Assembly: GCA_051294375.1 (NCBI GenBank)
Contig: CM119263.1
Span: 22,346,833 to 22,410,832, forward strand
DNA from: Paraspadella gotoi
Taxonomy: Eukaryota > Animalia > Chaetognatha
Direction of reading: 5' to 3'
Length of the DNA: 64,000 bases
Shown here: positions 45,785 through 57,662 of the stretch, piece after piece
Layout: each line of letters opens with the position of its first letter
Numbering within the stretch: position 1 is the first letter of the stretch
Position numbers and translations under genes: made by a program
Notes under the pieces: model-generated
The model's database searches: none
Seen by the model: the letters and a program-made list of their open reading frames with translations, nothing else
What the model was told of the DNA's origin: nothing

Positions 45785-47592
45785 TTTACTTTTGCAAAAA
45801 GTTTTTGATAGTCTGTCAAACACTGATGAAGGCTCGAACAAGATTCGAAACATGTCTGTTTATATTAAATAAAAAATCGTTGTAGTATAAACTCTAAACT
45901 TTGTTTTCGCTAAAACACCAAAACACAACGAAACGAAAGGAATACCACATTATGATTACAATGGTTTAATAATTCGGAACGAGTGAAAGATATCAAGGTT
46001 AAAATTGCTTCTCTATCTCTCAAAGTTAGTATCCAAATATTTATTAAAACTATTAAAACTGGTTGATGAAGGTTCAAAAAACAAGAACTAAAACATATCA
46101 GAATTATTAAATGATCGTTGTTATCACAAATAAAAACTTATTTTATAAATATCGATCAAAGGCAATGAAAAAAAAATATTATAATTAATTTTTTTAAAGA
46201 ATTAAAAAGAAGCTTAAAAACTTTTTTAATATTGTTGTTACGGTCTTAAATTTTCTTTTTTGTAAAGAAATGAACTTTATTTTTTTCCTCTTCTTTTTCT
46301 TCATTTTCCCATAAGCCTCCAGAGCGAATTCAACTCCGGGATCGCCGAAAAACCTTGCTCTTCCTTCTCCCATAAGCAGCCATAGGGGTCTCAATTAAAA
46401 AGGCGAAAGATTTTTGACTCAAATAAAATTAATAGATAAATTACCTGATCGACAGAGACGGCATCTCCAACTTCCACTTCCCATCTTACATCTCCTTCGG
46501 AGATTGATTCGGCAAAAGCTGGGCATTTTACAGTCTGAATATCATCTAGTTTAATCGAGGTGGTGTGAAATTCCTTTTGCGTTTGGGTAGTTCCTCCAAA
46601 TGGACCAAGCAACAAGGTTCTGAAAAGGAAGTAATAAAAATTAAAAAAAATAACTGGGTAACTTTACTATTCGACGTCCGCAACCAACCTATAGCGTCGA
46701 GTCTGTTTGTGCAGTAATATATACTTTTTTGTGCAGTAGTACAAATTTTATAATTTTATAATTAATAATTTTTTAAAATTTATTTTAATTGCTATTTTTA
46801 TGTTTGAGGTAGAAAATGAAACAAATTTCGGACATATTTCGACTTCAATGTAAGCCTTCATCAGCGCAAAAATGAATTGATTTGTAAAACAAATATTTTT
46901 ACAGACTCTCTCTCTTCAAACTTCAAAGTCTGTTAAAATATTTGTTTCACAAATAAATACGTTTTTGCGCTGATTGAATCCGAAACATGTCCAAAATTTA
47001 TGTTTCTTAATAAAACTCGTATGTAAACAAACAATTCATTTTCCATCTCAAACAAATAACGCAAGGAAAAAAAAATAATTTGATGTTATAATTTTTAAAC
47101 GGTTAGCAACTGGGTTAAGGGTGGTTGCTGGTTAGGGAGTAGGAGTGGTTAGGGATTAGGGGTAGTTAGGGTTAGGAGAGGTTTCGAAATAATATTTGTA
47201 ATAAAAAGTTTTTCTCACCAAGTTAACAGTATCTTTTTTAAAATTTTTAAATAGAAAGCTTTCCATACGTTGCTCATCATAAGACCGAAAAATCCCAGTC
47301 GGCGAATGTAAAAATAAGCCAAACAACAAATATTGTTAGAAATTTGGGCATTCTTGCTAATAGAGAATTAATTGGAAGTAATAATAACTATTATTTTAGC
47401 ATTCTGATTTCGGTACTCTTGCACGCATGCAACAACTCACCGATTGCTTCGATTTACTGCCAGAGATCCTACATTTCTTGCGATACATTGCCGTGTCGAT
47501 GTCTTTAACGTTATTTCGAAGCGATTGACGTCGCCCGGCGTCCTCTTGATTTTATAAATATTTTTGAAATGTCTTACAAATTTAGACGCCAT
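37538..47592 (-). CDS. DLST: Dihydrolipoamide succinyltransferase (OGDC E2)
   Basis: Lipoyl domain ([23 protein letters not shown]), PA-rich linker, [47 protein letters not shown] and [18 protein letters not shown] introns traced; a 7.4-kb TE-rich intron spans ~39025-46444. Confidence 0.95.
39238..39490 (+). mobile_element. 253-bp structured retroposon containing a P5-type twister ribozyme motif (39356-39436)
   Basis: Near-identical to 54463-54715; flanked by a possible TSD ATAGTGTC/ATAGTTTC; antisense to DLST. Confidence 0.8.
39727..39971 (-). mobile_element. tRNA-derived SINE with degenerate twister-like body
   Basis: On the minus strand: A-box TGGCTCATTGAG, B-box GGTTCAATCCC, then a GC-rich body with CCTGG-TTTCAAGC-CCAGG and an AT-rich tail. 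Confidence 0.7.
40027..40109. repeat. 18-bp tandem repeat (ATCCTTAACCCTAAACTT), ~4.6 copies
   Basis: Directly visible; followed by a HINE-A 3' end remnant to ~40233. Confidence 0.9.
40243..40791. mobile_element. Non-autonomous DNA transposon with ~50-bp TIRs, TTAA-flanked (Kolobok-like)
   Basis: TTAA|GATCAGATTCAGGTATCTTGCAAAAAGTTGTCTGCACAAAGTATAATT...AATTATACTTTGTGTGGACAACATTTTGCAAGCGACCTGAATCTTATC|TTAA. The internal segment also matches ~1060-1275. Confidence 0.7.
41365..43460. mobile_element. Kolobok-like non-autonomous element (TTAA TSD, GG..CC ends)
   Basis: TTAA|GGGGACCCAGTGAT...ATCACTGGGTTCCC|TTAA; encloses a hammerhead-bearing fragment. Confidence 0.7.
42446..42494 (-). ncRNA. Minimal hammerhead motif (PLE-type, decayed stem I)
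   Basis: CTGATGA-A-GGCTT-gcattca-AAGCC-GAAACGTTTCGAAACGTTTC on the minus strand. Confidence 0.6.
45189..45232 (-). ncRNA. Minimal type I hammerhead ribozyme (intact core)
   Basis: AAACA-CTGATGA-A-GGCTC-gaacaa-GAGTC-GAAAC-AT-GTC|TGTTT: stem I 5 bp, stem II 5 bp, palindromic ACATGT stem III, GUC cleavage triplet. Confidence 0.85.
45818..45861 (+). ncRNA. Minimal type I hammerhead ribozyme (one stem II mismatch)
   Basis: AAACA-CTGATGA-A-GGCTC-gaacaa-GATTC-GAAACATGTC|TGTTT. Confidence 0.8.
46801..47055. mobile_element. Second, older inverted PLE-like remnant with hammerhead motifs
   Basis: Minus-strand CTGATGA-A-GGCTT..AAGTC-GAAATATGTC at ~46826-46870 and a deleted plus-strand partner CTGATTGAATCCGAAACATGTC at ~46970; outer ends are inverted. 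Confidence 0.65.
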
Positions 47593-48154
47593 GATGTTTC
47601 CGACATGACCTTCGACTGCTAGGCGATGTTCGGCTGTTGAGCTCTTTGTCACTTTTCGTCTCTTTCCGCTTCGCGTCGCCACCCAAGAGAACACCAAAAA
47701 ACCAAAAGAACATTTCGGGAGAAAAAATTTGCCGCCTCGGGAGTCGACGCCGCCATGTCTTCGCATTTGTGCCCTTACATTTTATTTTTTACAATTTTCT
47801 TGAGGGGAAACGCTCCCCTCCTTCTCAGCCGCAATCCCTCCAGATGTTGACGGCGACGTCGATCACGAATGACTCATGATATGATATGGGATATGTGACA
47901 TATGTCAATTCTGTGATTCTTCATATTTTTCTTTTATTTTATATTTTGATTGTTGATGCCCCTTTTGGAACACCTCATATATTTTGTTGTCTTTTTTTTT
48001 CTTTTCTTTTTTTTCAGAAAAAAATACAATTTTCTTTTTTTTCTTCTAATATCGCCATACTCTCATTAATTTGATTAGCTTTTTTGTTCTTAACCGTGAA
48101 TCTGAGAGATTGTCATATATTCAGACTGTTTTTTTTTAAACCAGATTAAAAGTC

Positions 48155-50449
48155 ATGATGAGTGAAAACAATTTCTCCTACAAAACTGAAAATGGAATTG
48201 ATGCTATGACCCTTGACGCAACCACGAGTAACGTCTTTTTCCAAAACGGCAATATGTCGGAAACGGAAGAAGATTCTTTTGAAAGAGAATGGGGCTTCTC
48301 ACTCGAGGAACTCTTCAAGCTGTCCTTACAATTTTATAAGGAGAAAATCGGGAAAGCTTTTCAATTGTCTTATTTGCAAAAGTTACGTCTCGTGGCTCTC
48401 ACCAAACAAGCTTCGGTTGGTTCATACAACGCCAAGTTCATGCCTGAAGTTGGAATTTTTGACGTTGTGGGAAATGATCGGCGAAAAGCTTGGCAATCCT
48501 TAGGAGAAATGTCTAAAGACTCGGCTATGAGCGAGTTCGTGGCAATCCTGGATGAAAATTGCGGTTTATTCCGTGCCTACGTAGAAGCTCATTTGGAGGA
48601 AAAAAAGGAGAAAGATAGAGTTGTCATGGAAGCGGAAATTAGAAACACAGAAAAAAGCGATGACGATGATAATGAAGACGAAAATGATATCGATGTTGCT
48701 GAAATTCCCGTAGAGGATGTAGTTGCATCATTAAAAGATTCATTACCCGAACGTCCTCTGTTTTTGAATGGCCCACCTTTTGAGGCAGAATCGTCTTACA
48801 GAAGAGTAGTCAATGACGCTCGTCCTCAAGTTGAAAATTCGAAAGATGTGAAAACATCTATGGGTTCAGAAAATAACGATTCTGATACACAGTTAAATTC
48901 AAGGGAATTAGAAGTTGTGGATGGGAAAGCAGAGGTTTCCTTTAAACAAACTGATGACATTCCAAATGACAATTCCGATAAAATCTTTGAACATTTAAAT
49001 CCGGAAGCTGAAGAAGAAGCACTCATATTGTCTCTTCAATCTGAAGTGGAGAATGATAAATTGACTCATAAAACCGAGGTAAACGTAGACAATGTTTCGT
49101 CTGGAACTCTTGGCTGTGCCGATATAGAAGAAAGAGAAACTCTTCCTGCGGACAATATTGAATCGCCTAAAGTTGTTGACTCATCAAATACGGAACCAAT
49201 ACAATCTGATTTAAATAAGGGAGAAGACGCTTCAAAATGTCTGAAAACTGAAAACGTTGCTGCAGAAAATGTTCCTTTATCAGAATGTTTTTCTCAGCCT
49301 CAATGTTTACCGAATACTTCAATAACGAAACCTGAGGCCATTCCACCAGGATTTATGTTAGATCTTCAGTCGCTGATTCTCAGTGTCGACCCTGAACAGA
49401 GAGCCGGGATTCAAAGTGCTCTTAATGCCCAGACCTCTCCACATTTTAAATTATATGCTCAACAGCAGCATCCTGATGATGAGCAAAAACAACAGTTTCT
49501 CATTTCTCAACTGCAAGAACAGCACTTTCTACAGTATATGCAGCAGATTTATCAGATGCAGGTTCAACAGCAGATGCAGATGCTTAAACTCGAGCAGCAG
49601 CAAACTCCAGTAGTGAATGTAACCAAGAATTCCAACGATGCTTTGAACGATACCGCTTCGACTTCGAACGAGCCGTCTGAAAAGGAAGAGACCCACTTCG
49701 CTCCCATCGATGCGAGTGAAACGAGCATCGCATCTTCGGAAGACAACGTTAGGCCCACAGTTTTTGGTGATGCTCTTGAAACGACCGACGACGCCGCGGC
49801 GACTGACTCAGAAGCTCAACCCGGCGAAGCTATGGTCGAAATTGAAGGAAAAGAGGACGACGACGAAGACGACGAGGATAGAGGATCTCGAAGCGAGGAG
49901 TACCCTATGGTCGATATCGCGGCGGCTTCGATGTGGACTCGTAAGGATATTCGCGAATTCAAAGACGTCCTTAAAAACAGCGGGGATTCCGAATCCATCA
50001 TCAACGTGGGTCACGGAGAGACCGTCACAATCCGCGTTCCGACTCATCCCGAAGGAGCGTGTCTGTTTTGGGAGTTCGCCACTGATCACTACGATCTCGG
50101 TTTCGGACTCTACTTTGAGTGGTCTGCCCCCGACTCTGTCGTATCCATCCAGGTTAGCGACTCCAGTGGGGAAGACGAGGACGATACAGCAGTTGACGAG
50201 GGTGAGGTCGCTGTAGACGGTCGCGGCCGGAAAACTTCTAAAGAGTCGAAATCGAAGAAATCTAGTGCGAAACGGGAGCCGCCTCCGTGCGACGAGATCA
50301 TTCCTGTTTATCGGCGGGACTCTAACGAGGACGTCTACTGCGGTTCACACGTTTATCCTGGACAAGGCGTTTATCTGCTCAAATTTGACAATTCTTATTC
50401 TCTGTGGAGGTCCAAAAATCTATATTATCGCGTTTACTACACCAGATAA
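48155..50449 (+). CDS. ACBD3: Golgi resident protein GCP60/ACBD3, single coding exon
   Basis: ACB domain (WGFSLEELFKLSLQFYKEK...FDVVGNDRRKAW), Q-rich ALNAQT..FKLYAQQQHP..QLQEQHFLQYMQQ and GOLD domain ending KFDNSYSLWRSKNLYYRVYYTR. Confidence 0.95.
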   Translation: MMSENNFSYKTENGIDAMTLDATTSNVFFQNGNMSETEEDSFEREWGFSLEELFKLSLQFYKEKIGKAFQLSYLQKLRLVALTKQASVGSYNAKFMPEVGIFDVVGNDRRKAWQSLGEMSKDSAMSEFVAILDENCGLFRAYVEAHLEEKKEKDRVVMEAEIRNTEKSDDDDNEDENDIDVAEIPVEDVVASLKDSLPERPLFLNGPPFEAESSYRRVVNDARPQVENSKDVKTSMGSENNDSDTQLNSRELEVVDGKAEVSFKQTDDIPNDNSDKIFEHLNPEAEEEALILSLQSEVENDKLTHKTEVNVDNVSSGTLGCADIEERETLPADNIESPKVVDSSNTEPIQSDLNKGEDASKCLKTENVAAENVPLSECFSQPQCLPNTSITKPEAIPPGFMLDLQSLILSVDPEQRAGIQSALNAQTSPHFKLYAQQQHPDDEQKQQFLISQLQEQHFLQYMQQIYQMQVQQQMQMLKLEQQQTPVVNVTKNSNDALNDTASTSNEPSEKEETHFAPIDASETSIASSEDNVRPTVFGDALETTDDAAATDSEAQPGEAMVEIEGKEDDDEDDEDRGSRSEEYPMVDIAAASMWTRKDIREFKDVLKNSGDSESIINVGHGETVTIRVPTHPEGACLFWEFATDHYDLGFGLYFEWSAPDSVVSIQVSDSSGEDEDDTAVDEGEVAVDGRGRKTSKESKSKKSSAKREPPPCDEIIPVYRRDSNEDVYCGSHVYPGQGVYLLKFDNSYSLWRSKNLYYRVYYTR

Positions 50450-50900
50450 GATTTTTATCGTTAGTCCTGAAGAAGTTCTCTAGTCACCAAAAACTCATTT
50501 AGTTAATATATTATAATTTGGATTTGCGGTCCCCGCTGCTGAACAATTGCCGCTTTGCCTTTGGTTGAGAGATAAAATAAATAATTACTTATAGTTAAAT
50601 TAGTTATACTTTAACAGGTTTGTTTTTCTACAAATACTTACTTATTCTTTTATGGCAGTTAAGATAAAATTTTGATTTACGGTAATAAATATTTTGTCTC
50701 TGCTGTATAAAAAAAATGCAGTCTGCTGTTATTTTCTAGTGTTTTCCATCACTTTGCATCAGCACTCGTTCTAGAAAATAATTTTTGGATTTGGATTTAT
50801 AAAAAAAATTGCACTTTATTGTAACATGTTGGTGAATGAATAAATAAAATCATATGTTTCCTTTTCCTAGGTTTCTAAAATCCGTTCACCTTGAACTAAA

Positions 50901-51659
50901 ATGGCGCCAAAATCTCTTTTAATTACCGGTGGCAATCGCGGAATAGGCTTGGAGCTCGTCAAGCAGTTCATTTTAAAACCGGAAGTGGAAATTCTGATAG
51001 CAACTTGTCGCGATAAGTCCTTAGCAAAAGAGCTACAAGATGTGGCCAAAGCCTCTGGTGGAAAAGTTGTCATTCTCGAGTTAGACGTCACTCACGTGGC
51101 CTCTTTCCCGGCTTTCTTCGATCAAGTATCCTCTGTTATAGGAGATTCCGGCCTCCATATGCTATTTAATAACGCTGGGGTGCTTCCGGCCTTCACATCC
51201 TTGGAAGAATTAAAACCCGAAGACATGCGTTTCGCCTATGAGGTTAACTGCCTGGGTCCGCTTTTCCTCGCTCGCACCTTGTTGCCCTTGATTCGAAAAG
51301 CCGCCGCCTTCGATGCCGGCAAACCCTTTGGGGTTAATCGTGCCGCTATTGTTTTCATGTCTACATCCGTAGCCAGCTTGGCCGAAAATGAATCGGGCAG
51401 TCGCACGGGAGGATATGCTTATCGTTGCAGCAAGACGGCTCTAAATCAAGCCATGAAGACACTCGCCGTGGATTTAAAGGGCCAGGGTATATTAGTGATG
51501 AGCATGCATCCCGGTTGGGTTCAGACCGACATGGGCAGCCAATATGCTGCCATCACTACGGAAACTTGCTGCTCGAACATGTTGTGTACTTTGGAGAACC
51601 TTGGCGAAGAAGATCATGGAGCATTCAAGCGTTATGACAACACCGTCATAAAGTGGTGA
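50901..51659 (+). CDS. Short-chain dehydrogenase/reductase, sniffer/C-factor-like
   Basis: TGGNRGIG, NNAG, YRCSK (YxxxK) and MHPGWVQTDMG motifs. Confidence 0.9.
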   Translation: MAPKSLLITGGNRGIGLELVKQFILKPEVEILIATCRDKSLAKELQDVAKASGGKVVILELDVTHVASFPAFFDQVSSVIGDSGLHMLFNNAGVLPAFTSLEELKPEDMRFAYEVNCLGPLFLARTLLPLIRKAAAFDAGKPFGVNRAAIVFMSTSVASLAENESGSRTGGYAYRCSKTALNQAMKTLAVDLKGQGILVMSMHPGWVQTDMGSQYAAITTETCCSNMLCTLENLGEEDHGAFKRYDNTVIKW

Positions 51660-52043
51660 TAAAAAAACTTGGAAGGACCAACTGAACAAAATTACGCTTT
51701 ACTTTACTGTCTTTGTGACAAAGATCAAGACAAAGACTCAACATTTTTATTAGTTCGTAGTTTTGGTACTACGAAAACTAGATAAGTTCTATCATCTCGC
51801 TTGTTTTTTTGCGCTTAAAATAGTACCCTCGTGAAGAATTTCGGGAAATCCTAGTGATTAGTAATGGGAGCATCATTTATAAATAGCCGTAATTTTATTG
51901 GCTTATTATCGATATTTTTTTTTACTATTTTACACAGATTACAATATCATTGGCTTGATCTACATAACAAATTCAAAAAAAAATTTTCTATTAGTTGATT
52001 TTTTATATTATTTTCCAGAAGTTTTGAAAACCGATTATTGGCA

Positions 52044-55000
52044 ATGCCGTTTGTTGCCAAGACTTCTAAATTATGTTTCACTTACTGTGTCACCGTTCAA
52101 ATCCGACATGCCAGCAGAATCACAAAGTATAAACGTCCCTTTGTTGGTGGAATCTATAAGAAAATACAACTTCCTTATTCTCCATCTATTGAGAGCGAAT
52201 ATGCGGAGCACAGTCTTCGTCCCTCTATCCCGTCTCAGTTTCCCGACGGTAGGCCTTGAATATTCAGGATATTTATAATTTTAAAATTTTTTTCTATTTC
52301 GTGAATATTTTTTTATCGTTGAAATCGCTTGCGCTTGCGACAATTTTGTGACGATGGTCCCAATAAATGGCGTCGTCGACGTTGTCGGAGTTCCAAATGA
52401 TATGATATAATATATATTATATGTATATTATTATTTATATTATTTATTATATAATATATATTATTCTTGAAAACTGATGAGTTGATATATTAAATCTTGT
52501 TTGTTTACATTTTATATGAACAAAACAAATTTCTTTTATTTACAGTGATTTCAATCTGGATTTTGGAGTGATACGTAAAGATTTGATTAAACTCATAATT
52601 CTTTCAGTATATATTATTTTTATAACATTTCTTAGTTAAGAAATTATTTTACGTTTAAGTTGACCAAAAAATATTCGGACGAGTAGCGGGGTATGAAATA
52701 CTACCGCTACATACTAATCAGTAATCAGTTCTCAAGCGCGAAGTCAATTTTCTCCCTTTTTTTCCCAGATTTTAACAGTTAATTTTTAATGCTGATTGTC
52801 AAGTTATCCGACTTAAAACTGAAATTTTTGGTTTTAAAAAGTCTGTTTAGTGATTTGTTATTCTAAAAAAAATTTTCATGTAAAACCTTACTATGATAAC
52901 TATTACCCCGTGTCCGTTCGCGAGTGACACCAAAAAAATCTTTACTATAGTTTAAATATTTATATAATTCATAAGTATATCATTAGTTGGAGAAATACTG
53001 GACGTTTTTTATGTATAAGTTTTATGTTTAATTCATTTACTATTCTATGTTATAAAAAGCACAGAAGATATTCAAACGGTTTTTAGTGTGAAGAGTGAAG
53101 TCCTGCCCAAACGACGAATCCCGAATGATCGCGAGAAATAGATGAGCCAAAAGTTAATCTCTCTATTTGGGAGACATAAAGAGCATCTTAGTTGAAGATG
53201 ATCATCTGGAATTTACAATTTCATTTTTTATATATAATCTATATATTAAGCCAAGTTGTTATGCATCAAATTTGTTTTTTTGAGTATCAAAATTTGTTTT
53301 GGGTTTAGATTTTTTTTAATGAAATTTGTACAACCAATAAAAAAATTATCCATTCATTTAAGAAATAAGCTATCTTGCCCCTAACTTTGGACAGGCTTTG
53401 GTGGTTTAAGGCCTCCATCACTCTTACAGGATAATGACATAGCAGGTCCCTGCAAGCTTTCAATCAATACTGCGATTGCGACGATCCTTATGCTTTTAAG
53501 AGTAACATTAATATCGTAGGAATCTGGGGGAAAATGTCACGGGAGCAAGCTTGGAAATTCCATGAGCGCAAAACCGAGTTGCTGAAGAAACAGTCGGTGC
53601 GGGCCAGGCTCCAGGTTAGCGGGAAATACATTATTAATATTATTACATTTTGTCTCTTGCTCGTTAATGAAAATTCTTTTTATTTTACAGGAAATAACCG
53701 GCCTGGAAACAAAGGAAAAAATGAAACGCTGGAAGATTGAAGCTGATGGCGAGCTCCCATTCGGATTTCCTTTCCTCCAATTCATCACCAAGACAGAGCT
53801 CCATCGAGATGTGCCCTCGGAATATCTCGTCTCTCCTAAATGTGATCTGGAAAACTTAGAGAGAAAAATTGTCGACAAACTATCGTTGATCGAAGCCAAA
53901 GGTGGCGACGTCAAGGAGAGGGTCGGCTCTCTGGTGGAAGTCGTCAAAGAGTCGATCGTTTCGTCCACCGATCTCGGCCACCTCGTTGACGGTCAGTTTG
54001 ACCGGGAGACGGTTTTCGAGGCGGGCTGGAGACGTTTCGGGTTCGAGATGGACGACATTGAAGATCACGGTAAAGGAGAGAGAGAAGGGAGTTTGATTTA
54101 TTTTACAGCGTTGCTAATACAAAGATTATTTTGTCTTTCCAATACGATCATTTCATTACCATTTAATTTTTCTTCCTTTTTCTCCGGTTTTTTGTTTTAA
54201 TTTTTTGATTTGAGCAAATTTGTCATCAGGACCAAAGACGAAGAATTGGTTTAGATCATGGGGAAAATACCTACCCGTCGGAGAATACAAACATGAAGAC
54301 CCCGGAATCATCAATTTTCAAGCGCGCTCCTCACCTTTCTTGGCTTATCGAACCAAGCATCCTATAATTCCCGATGCTGGGGATCTCAGTGGAAAGGAAG
54401 AAATTGGGTAAGTAAGAAATTGTTTTAATTTTAAAATAAGTAGATGAAAATATAATTTTGTGGCGGTATATTCACACCGCCTCACGTCCACCATCCTTCA
54501 GCCAAATGCATTGGCTCAGAGGGGGAACACACCATCCCAGGCGTAGTGTTCCATCCACAGTCCTAACGACTTCCCTCTGCGTTGGCAAAGCGAGACCGTC
54601 CTAGGGTAACCGCGCCAGTGACTGGAGGCGTCACTGAGGGTCGGAAGCCCCCAAAGCCAACAGTGAGATGCCCCATCCCAATGGGCATCACAGGCAACCC
54701 GGCTGTTGCCATAATTTGACTTTTTTTTTTTTTTTACCCCAGCTCTGATCCCTTCGTCCATTCGTGGGTTTCCTATGATTCGAATAGCATTCCCCTTTAC
54801 GCTTACCATCCTTCTGCCTTCGGACTGACCAGCGAAGTCGTTCCTCCAACGATCAACCCTGGTTTTAAGTTGCAGCCGATCAAATCCTTCGATTGGGTTC
54901 ATCGTCCCTCTCAAAGAGCACGTAATTGGAGACGCCTCTCCGAATACGGTAAAGTCAGCTACGCTTATGAGGAATTTAACCCGGAAACGCACGCGGGCGT

Positions 55001-55502
55001 TGAGCAGGAGCCCTGCCAATTCCCGCACACAGCGTTTCTTACACCGACTTCCCTCGACGGTTTAGAAGCGCGCTGTTTTTCCGAAGACTCCTTTCAAGTT
55101 TTACAATGGGATGCCGAGAGGGCTTTGACCTGTCTCTTCGCGTGGAATGTAGCGGCGGCGCACATTCAGGGCTTCAATGCGTACCTTGACTTAACCTATC
55201 CTCTTCGCTCTCACGCCGTTCTCACCGACGGTCAAAGCTGGCAGTTTTTCGTCCACCAGACCAACACTCTCGAACTCTGGCGAGACGATGACGCGTTCAC
55301 GGTCAAGAATCCGTTGTGGATGACGAGAAAGTTGGACTTTGCCGAAAATCGCCATCTCGTTCTCACGCTGTTGTCAAATTTTCTCGCCAAGGAGACAGGG
55401 AGAGAAATGACAGAGGAAGAGTTAAAGCCTTATGTCACGGATCATGAAGTGATAGATGAAATTGTGAAACCTAAATACGACTTCGAGATGAAAGTTATTT
55501 GA
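52044..55502 (+). CDS. MRPS30: Mitochondrial ribosomal protein mL65/MRPS30-like (multi-exon)
   Basis: Basic targeting-like N-terminus; C-terminal exon LFAWNVAAAHIQGF...DLTYPLRSHAVLTDGQSWQFFVHQTNTL typical of MRPS30/PDCD9; internal exons approximate. Confidence 0.75.
54463..54715 (+). mobile_element. 253-bp structured retroposon in MRPS30 intron, sense orientation
   Basis: Near-identical to 39238-39490; fills most of the intron ~54408-54742. Confidence 0.8.
54581..54661 (+). ncRNA. Twister ribozyme motif, circularly permuted type P5
   Basis: P5 GTTGGC/GCCAAC; P2' GCGA, GA, T1' CCG; P1 TCC-TA-GGG; U|AA site at 54607/54608; P2 CCGC; T2 GC; P3 CAGTGAC/GTCACTG; P4 GGG/CCC with loop T-CGG-AAG-C. 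Confidence 0.72.
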
Positions 55503-55608
55503 TTGTTTCTTGTCAAATCCTATGCAGAACTCTAGTGATTTGTTGATTCGTTTTGTTTTATTTTAGGTGCCTAATACAGTTTGTTTGCTAAAAAATTTAA
55601 AAAAAAAA

Positions 55609-57331
<1,723 letters not shown>

Positions 57332-57620
57332 AAAACTGCTCTTTCCACGTGCGAGGACTCGTTAAAATATTTTTTTCTTGTCTAATTAACTTATATAGGA
57401 AAACTACGCTATGCTTTTCTTATTGCTTATTCGTGCTCGTCAGCTCCTTTTATTCGCAGGTGTAATAATTTTTGTAAGAAAACGAAATTTATTGGATTCG
57501 TTGCAAGCAATCGAGTTCAATTTGCCGAATCTCGTCAGCAAATGTTTTTTGCTGGTTTTGCTTTTAAAGACACATCCGTTATCCGACGCCTACAACAGCG
57601 AACCCCTCTGCAAATTCTTT

Positions 57621-57662
<42 letters not shown>

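Larger units (their letters stand above)
45130..45949. mobile_element. Palindromic Penelope-like pseudo-LTR pair with ~30-nt tail and 16-bp direct repeat
   Basis: Arms ~45130-45511 and ~45528-45920 are near-perfect reverse complements. TTATGATTACAATGGT occurs at 45118-45133 and 45950-45965. Confidence 0.8.

Noticed and set aside
54463-54580. HDV-like ribozyme, 7SK or RNase P identity for the 5' part of the 253-bp element
   Set aside because: CCTCACGT resembles an HDV L3, but no P3/P1/P1.1 pairing could be built; RNase P and 7SK conserved boxes were not found.
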